This document shows positions 1 through 9,042 of a stretch of 64,000 bases of DNA, one piece after another. Position numbers and translations under genes: made by a program. The first letter of the stretch is position 1, and each line of letters opens with the position of its first letter. A model generated the notes under the pieces. It did not search any database, was not told the DNA's origin, and was given only the letters and a program-made list of their open reading frames with translations. The stretch comes from Octopus sinensis (taxonomy: Eukaryota), in NCBI RefSeq assembly GCF_006345805.1, contig NC_043026.1:124001-188000 (forward strand), in the 5' to 3' direction.

Positions 1-246
1 CGTTAGGTATGATATATAGACGTCTATTCCACTCTATTAGAATCTGTATTGACAGCTCCAAAAGCCGTCTATAGAATCCTTTTCTCAGACTGAAGTTATA
101 TTCACAACGAGATCAAGAAAATATCGTGAATAAATATATAGAGTTTAAAAAACAGATTTGTATTTGTACCATAAGAAAAGTGCTTTTAGCACAATACGAC
201 AATACGTCTCTACCTAGTGAAAGAGAAAAAAATATTGATAACATAC

Positions 247-410
247 CTAAATCCTAAATATGCGAAATAACCCGGGTTGGCTGAAGATAGGTCATCCCAT
301 GGAGAACTTTTCAAGTTTGCATAACTGAACCAGTTATTATATCTTGAATTTCGTCCATCAAATATCATAGTCACCACAGCTGTTTGGTTTTTATAAATCA
401 CCAGTTTCAC
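247..410 (-). CDS. Coding exon 3 of the same gene; the gene probably continues beyond the left window edge
   Basis: Acceptor TACTTTTCAG| before 410, phase 0, matching exon 2. Encodes VKLVIYKNQTAVVTMIFDGRNSRYNNWFSYANLKSSPWDDLSSANPGYFAYLGF and ends TTT AG|GTATGT (donor at 246, phase 2). No stop is reached before the donor. Confidence 0.85.
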
Positions 411-517
411 CTGAAAAGTAAGAGTAAATATATAACAGACACATACACACGCACAAATAGATCAAGTTCTATTGATCGAGGTAATTTAACAGCTATTTCA
501 TTGGCTACGAGCCTAAA

Positions 518-520
<3 letters not shown>

Positions 521-548
<28 letters not shown>
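521..548. repeat. (TA)n microsatellite
   Basis: Perfect TA run abutting the 5'-truncation point of the Penelope-like element. Confidence 0.95.
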
Positions 549-549
<1 letters not shown>

Positions 550-849
550 TCTCTAAATACTCTGGAAGAGTTCAATATCCTCCTGAACAACCTACACCCA
601 TCTCTCCAATTTACAAAGGAGATGAGTAGTACCAAATACCATTCCTAGATATAATGGTAATTAAAAAAGACACCACCATCACCACAGATATATACTATAA
701 CACACAGACACACATCAATACCTAAATTTTAAGTCGTGCCATCCACCACATAAAAACGTAACATCCCATACTGCCTAGCCAGAAGAATTTGTACCATTGT
801 AGAAGATGCAAATATCAGGAACAAACGCCCAATAGAACTAAGAGAATTT

Positions 850-1554
850 TTGCTCAAACAAAAATACCCATCTCTACTTATAGAAAATGGCATACAGCGG
901 GCTATAAAAATACCCATACAACAACTTAGGACAACCCAACGAAGAGGAAAACAAGTCATACCATTCATAGTGACACGCAACCCATGTCACCAGAACATCT
1001 TCAACATTGCCAAAGCAAACCTACCAATCATTGCCCAAAGTAATGAATTAAAAGACGTAATCACGGATCGAGCTATGGTGCTTAGTAAAAGACAGCCTAA
1101 AAACTTGAAAACATTACTAACAAAGGCAAAATTTGACCTTAGCAACAAAGACCAAACATTCACGGTATCTAAATGCAATGATAGCCGATGTGGCACATGC
1201 CAATTCATACATACCGGTCAATATACAAACACAAAAACCGGGAAAATATTCACAAACGCGAATATGAACTGCAAAAGCAGAAATTTAATTTACTGCATCA
1301 AATGCCCAAATTGTGAAGAAATATATGTAGGTCAGACGGGAAACGCACTATCAGAACGCTCACGTGTACACCGGCAACAGATTAGAGACCCAGAGGTCCG
1401 TCAGATACCTTTGAGTAACCACCTGGCAACATGTGGCCGGAAAATGTATATAATATTTCCGTTCTACAAATTACACAGCCCAAGTGAAATCGAGAGGAGA
1501 ATCAGAGAAAAGAATTTTATTGATAAATTCGAACCCAAGCTAAATAAGCAATAA
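850..1554 (+). pseudogene. Penelope-type RT-thumb/linker and GIY-YIG endonuclease ORF remnant
   Basis: Contains the Cys linker CNDSRCGTC and the GIY-YIG motif NLIYCIKCPNCEEIYVGQTGNALSERSRVH, and ends E..FI..FEPKLN. The upstream RT part is frameshifted and truncated. Confidence 0.9.
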
Positions 1555-2045
1555 TAATAATACTTAGAGGTACTACTTCTACTGCTACGACCATGACCAC
1601 TAACAACAACAACAATACTAAAGGTGATCAAGATGAAGGTAGCAGGAAAATTATCTTATTTAGGGTTAAAAGTTCTATTGCCACCACCATCACCACTAGC
1701 AACAATAATTAAGGTGCTGACGATGATGATGACAATTGAAATATAAAAATATAAAAATCTCTGACAAAGGATATTTACAACATTTCTAAAAATAACCCTA
1801 CAATTGCTGCTTCGGCCAGGGTCAAGAAACAGGACTCTTGACATGTCCAACAAAGCGTGATGCCTAAACCAATCAGCTCAACCAACCAATCAGCTTAAGT
1901 AATTGAGTGATACTACACACTGATTGGTCAGAATACAGTTTAAAAAACCTAGCACTCTGGAGCCTACTCAGCTGTATTTATAGCACAGAATCAATCATCT
2001 TGCTACAGTTAAAAATTGTGAAGCATGACTGTCACCACTACTACA

Positions 2046-2090
2046 TGAACCCGAAGATTGCAGAATTTAATGCATGAAAGTACTAGTTCA
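2046..2090 (+). ncRNA. Minimal type I hammerhead-ribozyme-like motif in the Penelope pseudo-LTR (core variant CCGAAGA)
   Basis: Sequence TGAAC-CCGAAGA-T TGCA gaatttaa TGCA T-GAAA-GTAC-TA-GTTCA. Stem I is TGAAC/GTTCA, stem II is TGCA/TGCA and stem III is the palindrome AGTACT. Minimal hammerheads with palindromic stem III are established in Penelope pseudo-LTRs. Confidence 0.7.
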
Positions 2091-2232
2091 ATCAGAATGA
2101 ACATTTAACATTCTACTATTTCATTTTATTTTATTCAATTATAATATATTATCTTCTAATATATCCTTATAAGATTGTAAATAAAACGTGAAAATCAGAC
2201 AAGGTTGGAATTCCTTTTATTAATATTTATTT

Positions 2233-2241
2233 ATATATATA

Positions 2242-2304
<63 letters not shown>

Positions 2305-2326
2305 TATATATATTTATATATATATA
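2233..2326. repeat. Imperfect (TA)n microsatellite
   Basis: Interrupted TA run. Confidence 0.9.
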
Positions 2327-2353
2327 GAATATGTTACAATTGCTCAATAGTCA

Positions 2354-2416
2354 AGATAAAACTCTGAGTTTCAGATGCCGAAGTGGAAATCCACAACACC
2401 ATCTCTTCGGTTATCT
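2354..2416 (-). ncRNA. Second hammerhead-like motif, probably a pseudo-LTR fragment of another Penelope family
   Basis: Minus strand reads AGATAA-CCGAAGA-GATG gtgtt GTGGA tt TCCAC ttcgg CATC T-GAAA-CTCAGAG-T-T-TTATCT. Stem I is AGATAA/TTATCT, stem II is extended and stem III is the near-palindrome ACTC-A-GAGT. Confidence 0.6.
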
Positions 2417-2499
2417 GGCCATCTGAAAAAACGGTATGAAAAAATACCGTTATATAAAGGGAAATTACTGTGTTATAATTCTGCTACTTATATAAAATA

Positions 2500-3376
2500 C
2501 TAGCAGCATAGCCCGGCGTTGCCCGGGTATGTAAGAGCCTCTAGTAGGCAACGACTAATCCCAATCTAGTCCTTTCCCTCTAGGGAACGAAGGCGCATGT
2601 GTAGGTTGCAATGTCTTCTCTTCACTCCCAAATAACTATCAAACAGCTATCAATAATTCAACCCAACCAATTCCTACCAGGAAGAAATTACATTCGAGAC
2701 TTTACCCCCAACACCGCCACTTCTGCTAATAGCTGCTGCAGCCGCAAGTTATTCGAATACTTTTTTTGTTTAAACTTTCTTTATAACTACCACCCCAAAT
2801 CGGTTTGCTATGTGTGCCACATATGATTTAATTAACCGATTTTTTCCAGTAATAAAGTATCCTATTGGAATAAAAAGTGCCATATAGCTCCTTGGAGCAG
2901 ACATGATGCTCGCTGTGAATTTTTTTTTTAAATCCTACCAATTTGTGAAAGATATTGTCGAAAATATGTCATCTTGAATTTGAACGCGATTTCCCAAAAT
3001 GGCATGATTTTATCGATTCTTTTCTGATGGTAAGGTATTGCATGGAAAACTAACGTCAGAATTAAGTTTCTTAGGTAACATTAAGCTTCACCATGAGTTT
3101 GGTGAAAATCGATTGCAAGTTGCGAAAACTACAACAGAAAATGTGTTGCATATAAAAAGCTTAGATTCTCGACCCCATGTCGAATTTATCGATTTTTTCA
3201 GAATTGGGGGAACTTTTCAAACTTTTCGCTGCGTTAGTTTTGAATTATGACATTGGGCTATGTGTGTGTCAAGTTTCATCTGAATCGGTTGAAAGCCGTG
3301 GTCAGGGTGAGGGTACAAATTGACAGACACACAGACGCACAGACAGACAAACTGCCGTTTATATAGAGAGAGAAGA
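2500..3376 (-). mobile_element. Non-autonomous Helitron (877 bp)
   Basis: Minus strand begins A|TC at 3376 (TCTTCTCTCTCTATATAAACGGCAGTTTGTCTGTCTG...). It ends with hairpin CCCGG-GCAACG-CCGGG (2527-2512) 8 nt before terminal CTAG|T (2503-2500). It is inserted in an AT dinucleotide with no TSD and no Rep/Hel ORF. Confidence 0.8.
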
Positions 3377-3457
3377 TTAAAATTTCATAGCAAACATGTC
3401 TAGTCATACGCTCACATGTGCGCTCGCGGACCCACGTGCGTACTTATACGTCACTAA

Positions 3458-3461
<4 letters not shown>

Positions 3462-3525
<64 letters not shown>
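3462..3525. repeat. (TA)n microsatellite
   Basis: Perfect TA run of about 32 units. Confidence 0.95.
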
Positions 3526-3528
<3 letters not shown>

Positions 3529-3950
3529 CCGTTTTCACGGTTTCTATAGCCTACGTGTTCCCCCCAGCTGGACGGCACGCCAGTCCATCGCACCGTTACT
3601 TAAGAAACAGGAGGAAAGTGTGAGAGGAAGTCGGGGCGAAAGAGTACAACAGCGGTCGACACCACCCCCTGCCGGAGCTACGTGGAGCCTTAGGTGTTTT
3701 CGTTCACTGGACCATTGCAACTCCACAATAAATGCGTCCTCTTAAAGCCTAGCCAGGATCATGGGACCGGTTTCTCGGTTTCAATGGCGTATGTGTTCCT
3801 CAGCTGGACGGGACGCCAGTCCATCGCAGCGTTACACATTTTTGCCAGCTGAGTGGACTGTAGCAACTTGAAATCAAGTGTTTTGCTCAAGAACACAGCG
3901 CGTCGCCCGGTCTAGGAATCGAAACTACAATCTTATGATCATGATACTGA
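3526..3950 (-). mobile_element. SINE-like repeats: one longer copy (about 3735-3950) and a partial diverged copy (about 3526-3600)
   Basis: Block GTGTTCC.CAGCTGGACGG.ACGCCAGTCCATCGCA.CGTTAC occurs at about 3555-3599 and about 3793-3836. The minus strand of the longer copy has a tRNA B-box-like GTTTCGATTCC (3925-3915) followed by GTGTTCTTGAGCAAAACACTT, resembling tRNA-derived SINE bodies. Confidence 0.6.
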
Positions 3951-4820
3951 GGATAAATCATTGTCTGTTAAATACTGTTGATTGAATCAATGAATCTATA
4001 CTTACCAAAAAATGTGTAGCCTTGAGAGAAACCATTGAAACATTGAGTTTTGTAGTTAGATATACAAACCAAAACGCTAGACGACATGTCCTCTTAAATG
4101 TCCTCTTAAATCTCCATATAGAGTATAGTGTGACAACAGATCCCTATTTGTCTCAAAATTAGGCAATGAATTTCAGTTGTCCCCAAGTGCAACTGCCAGC
4201 CAGTTTTTCAGTTCCTCCTGAACCTATCCATTTTCTTTTTGATCTTCATACTTTTGTCTATGATAAATATTCTTACTACTGTGGTTGTTGCGGGTAAAAT
4301 TCATCACAACACTGTTTCTTGTGTCTGATCTATAATTAGTAGTCACCGGAAACTGAAACCATGGCATTTCGATCTTGAGCTGAATATCCTGTGTGTATGT
4401 GTGAGTGCTGGTGTTTGTATATGTGTATGCTTCTAATAAAACACTCAATATTTAAGCAGTGAATGAACTCTAAATTATCAAAATGAAGGCCCCTTTTGTA
4501 AACTTATGAACACCTTTGCACCTGAACATTAGTCAATATCTATTGATTTTCTATGAGGAAGATGACTTTCAAAAGTCATTCCAGGATTGTCCCGCTTGGA
4601 ATCCGATGCTGACGATCGCAAAAGTGCTTGGAATGCCTACATCGGTCCATGGGAGCTCTTTGAAACGTTTGTAGGTGTGTTAACAACTGTTGCCTAAGGC
4701 AAGAATATTCTCCACGGTAAATCGCAGTGAAAACTGCCGTTTTTACGGTTAAAATACGTCTGAAATATATGTGAAGTGATCTAAAAGATAGTTTATCTTT
4801 ATGGTTGTTATTATGATAAT

Positions 4821-5054
4821 GTGTGTGTGAAGAAATCTGATTTCGTGTGTGGGGGGGATGCGTGTATGTGTGTGTGTATGTGTGTGGGTGTGTGTGTGCG
4901 TGTGTGTGTGTGAGTGTGTGTGTGGGGGGTGCGTGTATGTGTGTATGTGTGTGGGGGTGCGTGTATGTGTGTGTATGTGTCTGTGGGTGTGTGTGGGTTT
5001 GTGTGTGGTGTGTGTGTGTGTGTGTGTGTGTGTGTGGTGTGAGTGTGTGTGTGT
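4821..5054. repeat. Compound (TG)n/(CA)n microsatellite
   Basis: Degenerate GT runs beginning about 15 nt into intron 2, next to the exon 2 donor. Confidence 0.95.
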
Positions 5055-5068
5055 AAGTGCTTTCATAC

Positions 5069-5247
5069 CTCATCAATTCGAAGATGGTCCCAGAAATCAA
5101 GAAGGGGATGTCGGAAAAAGTTCGGACAGTAGATACCATTGCATTTGTCTACTCTCCAGTTTGATAGACTTCCTGTATTACTCCATGTATTATAGATTCT
5201 TGAACCAGCTCCCATAGATAGGGCATATGTTTTAATCCATCGGATAT
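5069..5247 (-). CDS. Coding exon 2 of the same secreted-protein gene
   Basis: Acceptor TATTATTTCAG| before 5247 and donor |GTATGA at 5068. The exon is 179 nt (2 nt + 59 codons), phase 1 in and phase 0 out. T from exon 1 plus AT makes Tyr, followed by IRWIKTYALSMGAGSRIYNTWSNTGSLSNWRVDKCNGIYCPNFFRHPLLDFWDHLRIDE with no stops. Confidence 0.85.
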
Positions 5248-5294
5248 CTGAAATAATAATAACAACAATAATAATAATGATAATAATAATAAAT

Positions 5295-5850
5295 ACCCTG
5301 ATGCCGTACCAGGCAGTGGCTCTCATGGTTTCTGATCTTAACTGATTGGAAGTGTTATCATGTACATTGTTTTGTCTTGGTATAAAGGATGGGCTACAGC
5401 AAATATTCTACTCAATACCACAGATTTGCTTGTCAGTTGTTTGACCTTAACTAGTTGACCATGTCCCTTAGTGGCTGACGGTATGTGCATCTCTGATCAC
5501 GAGGCGCAGTACTGGGGGAGCATCATAGCCATGTGTTGAAAGGAATTCTTAGCGGTTTGGATGATTCAACTTTCGAAACATGGATGGTTCGTTCAACATC
5601 CTTAAACAATCCTTATTCAGGGACCTTTTGAGCGAGATAGGTTACTCGACCAGAAGAAAATTCTAAGTGGGCCCAACCTACAAGGTCATGTGCTGTTTAT
5701 CATTATATGAGAACACCGTGTCGCGAACTTATAGTTGTGATGCATGTGCCTAGTGTACCTTTATCAGACGGGTTAGTCATGATGGGTATACTGGGCTTCG
5801 TATATTTTACCCCGGTGTCACTTTGATGGCATGCACTAATCTCTCACTCA
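5295..5850 (+). mobile_element. Probable retroposon 3' fragment ending in an (AAT)n tail
   Basis: A non-coding block of mixed composition bounded by AAT repeats on both sides and running directly into a long (GAT/AAT)n tail. The family is not identified. Confidence 0.4.
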
Positions 5851-5868
5851 ATGATGATGATGATGATG

Positions 5869-5920
<52 letters not shown>

Positions 5921-5958
5921 TAATATAATGATAAAATAATAATAATAATAATAATATA

Positions 5959-5991
<33 letters not shown>

Positions 5992-6019
5992 TATGATAAT
6001 AATAATAATAATAATAATA

Positions 6020-6051
<32 letters not shown>

Positions 6052-6135
6052 TAATGATAATAATAATATAATAATATAATAGTAATAATAATAATAATAA
6101 TAGTAATAATAATGATAATGATAATAATAATAATA
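5850..6135. repeat. (AAT)n/(GAT)n microsatellite
   Basis: About 285 bp of imperfect trinucleotide repeat. Confidence 0.95.
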
Positions 6136-6189
6136 CTCTTACAGAAATTCTGCTTGTTTCTCTGTTCCTTTGCCCATTCATAATTTCAC

Positions 6190-8387
6190 CGGAAAGCAGT
6201 GTCTATTTTATCTTCTACACCCAAGGTCACCCCAAGAACGTCGACGCACTTTCCATCTCCTAAACCTCTGTAAGAAGCTAGAGTGGACGTTTCACCTATC
6301 ACAGTTTACGAGTGACTGAGGACATTCCACTTTCCAAATACTCCATGTCGGTCTTTCTTTTGCCAAGGAATGCAACACTGTTAAAGAAACTAGCTGGGGA
6401 AATACGCGTCTGGTGAACAGCGACCACATCTGTTCACCGTCCAGGAATCACTAGCGATATCGTGGCCCAGGCCACCACACCGCGGGTGTTGACAACAAAT
6501 AGACCGCCTGACCATCGGGCCGCGTCCCTTCCACAAGAAGCGAATTGTGTACACTCCAATGTAATCAGACGGGGAACGGGACAAGGCACGACGGTCAAGA
6601 GATAGTAGATGACGGACGCGATGTACGCTTTAGCCCCCTCTGCCCGACCTTTCTTGAGATAGCATATGCCGACACGCTCTCCCACATCCTAGGTCACGTG
6701 GGACGCTTCTCAAAACGTCCAGTTTGTGTAGTAGTGGATTGAGAGTCAGTACATACAAGAGAGGCGAGAAGGGGGCAACATTTACGGACCGAGCGCATAA
6801 TGTTGACCGTTTGTGAGGTGGCCGTTTACTCTGAGCACTGAACTGATGTCGCAGTGCATTTCAGCGAGCCAGCCCCTGAATACAAACGAAACGAGCTGCC
6901 ATGACCACCGCCGCCAAGTATAGACGGTCGACCCTTTCGAAAGCTTTAGACTGATTTAAATTGATCAGGGGCCCACCCGTGCCAGGTACTTTAACCACTT
7001 TCTCAAAGATTTATTTCATGAAGTGGAGGTTGCTGTGGGTGGAACTTTTCGAGATGTTGCATTTCTCTGCCTCGCATACCAGACAGTCAATGACATGCGG
7101 CAATCTCGTAGCTACGTTGGCTAAAATTTCGAACTCTGCATTTAGCTATGTTATGGGCCTAAAGTTGTTCAGGAATTTTCTCATCAACGTCTCCGCTCCG
7201 CGGCTCGCAAAACTGGGAATTCTCCTATTTTACTGCCAGTTGCAGTAAATATTTGCCAAGAGATCACCGTACAAGTTTGGCATGTAAGCGTAAAGCTCGT
7301 AGAGCAGTCCGTCCAAACCAGGCGATTTACATTTCGTGCAGTTAGCCATTGCTTCCCGTATTTCAAAAGCTATTATCGGCCTTTCGCAGTGCTCCACATC
7401 CGTTGCCGAGAGCCGCAGCAGCCCGTCGAGGCAGGACATGAAATCCATCTTGCGACCCGGCTTACCACTATTCCCGAACAAATGAGCGCAGCGACGCTGA
7501 AAGGCCGCAAACATCTGTCTCGGATCTGTTATGATTTGCCCGTCGTGGTACAACAAGGATTGGATCGTGGATTTTATTTGCACGCCATGCATCTTCCACT
7601 CGGGCCCATTGAACGGCTTTCGTTCGTGTCTAACAGCACGGGACTTAGCTCTGAAAATGCAGCTTTCGTGTTTCGCGTAGAAGAATTGGTCGAGTGCCAA
7701 TCTCGCTGCGAGTACGTCGGGTGCGATGCTTCTTCTAAAAGCCTCGCCTAACTTCCTCACTAGTTCCGCCTCGACTCTGTTTTATTCTACTGATTGTCAG
7801 TTGCTAAAACTTATTGATTCTGTTCTTATTGATTCTATTCTGTGCTGATCACGAATTTGTGGTCTGAGTAGTAGACTACTTTAAATTTTGGATAACCTAT
7901 GCTATCCTTATCTGCTACTCTACAGAATGCCCAATGTAGATACGATGTGTTTTGACCACGCCCACACCGGCACATGCCGTAAAACCAGTCGACACCTGTC
8001 AGACAGTTGGAATTGTCTGAGCAGGATTGCGAGGATTTTGCCCCCTCCTGCCTTATCTCTTAAACCTTCCACTAACACTAAAGAGCGGGTCGTTCGCAGC
8101 AAAGTTTGCAGACGTCTGAGAAAATCCGGTCGTCCAGCCCCTGTGAGTACATAGATGGCAATTAGCTCGAAAGTATGACCTTCTCTGCCGAGGCTTTTAC
8201 ACCCCAACTTTCCTGCCGACTAATCCCATGTTAACCCATAGATCTCAAAGCCGTCAAAAAGTAAGGGATTGATCTTCTGTCAGAAATCCTGATTTCGCTT
8301 GTGACTGAGGTTGTTGAGCAGGTGACCTTGTTTCCAGGGCGACACTAGATCATGAAAGTTTATACTACCTATTCTTAAACCCACCAT
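6190..8387 (-). mobile_element. Decayed L1/Tx1-clade LINE ORF2 (APE endonuclease, RT, thumb), internally deleted and 3'-truncated
   Basis: Motifs in order on the minus strand: ATG 8387 MVGLRIGSINFHDLVSPWKQGHLL (APE start); FELIAIYV..GRPDFLRRL; EIREAMANCTKCKSPGLDGL; NFRPIT*LNAEFEIL; NQSKAFERVD; RVNGHL..RSVRKCCP.SPLLYVL; KGRAEGAKAYIASVIYY; FLWKGRGPMVRRSICCQHPRCGGLG; DGEQMWSLFTRRVFPQLVSL. Many frameshifts and stops; the YADD region is missing. Confidence 0.9.
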
Positions 8388-8439
8388 GAGGACCGCAGTG
8401 AATAAGGAGAAAACGAAAGAAATGGCGTCTACTTACCCG

Positions 8440-9040
8440 TGCTACTAGATGTCAGATGGTTCAACATCCGTAACTCATTATGAGTCCTTTAGGTAACCCC
8501 TGAAAAGCTTACACGTAGATATTACATAAGGGGTTACTAAGTGACCTAAGCTCTACATAGTGTTTTTATATGTTCGCAAATGTCTTCGCACCGTCATCAG
8601 TGTTTCTGGCACCAGAACGGTGCTGGGGCCAAATATCACACCCTCTTTCTCGATGTCCTTCTTTCGTACAACGAGAGCCATCAATTCTTCATTGCTCCCT
8701 CTCAATAGCATAAAGTCTTGTGTTTGTGTGCTCGGTTGATGCTGCTGGAGCTGTTTTCTTTACGTGGCTTGTTGTAGTTGGGGTAGTGTTGGTTGCTGGG
8801 TGTGAGAGCGGTCGATGTGTTGGCCACTATGAGGCTTGAGGTGTTGGCGATGCTATAAGTTTGTTGTAGGAGTCTCTTCTATTTACTTCTTGGGGTGTGT
8901 GTTAGTGTGGATCACGATATTTCATAGCGTTACATGTTATTGTTTTGGGGGTGCCACCTCATTCTAACTGCATGATGCGCATGTATCCGAGACTGTTGGT
9001 TACGCGTCTATATATGTATTTGGATTTGGAAAATATTTGA
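8440..9040 (-). mobile_element. Probable C-terminal part of LINE ORF1 (Thr/Pro/Gln-rich linker plus short domain)
   Basis: Lies directly upstream of ORF2 in the same orientation. A/C-rich low-complexity coding-like sequence is followed by QTQDFMLLRGSNEELMALVVRKKDIEKEGVIFGPSTVLVPETLMTVRRHLRTYKNTM*. Confidence 0.5.
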
Positions 9041-9042
9041 TA

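Larger units (their letters stand above)
549..2210 (+). mobile_element. 5'-truncated Penelope-like retroelement (RT C-terminus, GIY-YIG endonuclease, 3' pseudo-LTR region)
   Basis: Frameshifted RT motifs LNNLHPSLQFTKE, IPFLDI, TDIYY and TDTHQYLNFKSCHPPH..NIPYCLARRI (549-840) precede ORF 850-1554. The downstream non-coding region has CCAATCAG boxes (1869-1928), a hammerhead-like motif (2046-2090) and AATAAA at about 2180. The right end is approximate. Confidence 0.9.

Noticed and set aside
478-505. Minus-strand TGAAATAGCTGTT resembling the 3' half of a third hammerhead
   Set aside because: No CUGANGA-like core or complementary stem I is found upstream before the TA tract. At most it is a fragment.
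3396-6181. ORFs with YI, HT, CV, poly-L/I/Y runs (also 384-629 and 63487-63802)
   Set aside because: They are translations of microsatellites. Only 5247-5069 within this span is supported as an exon.
6961-8154. Plus-strand ORFs 6961-7248, 7389-7751 and 7888-8154
   Set aside because: They are antisense shadows of LINE ORF2 with no recognisable motifs.
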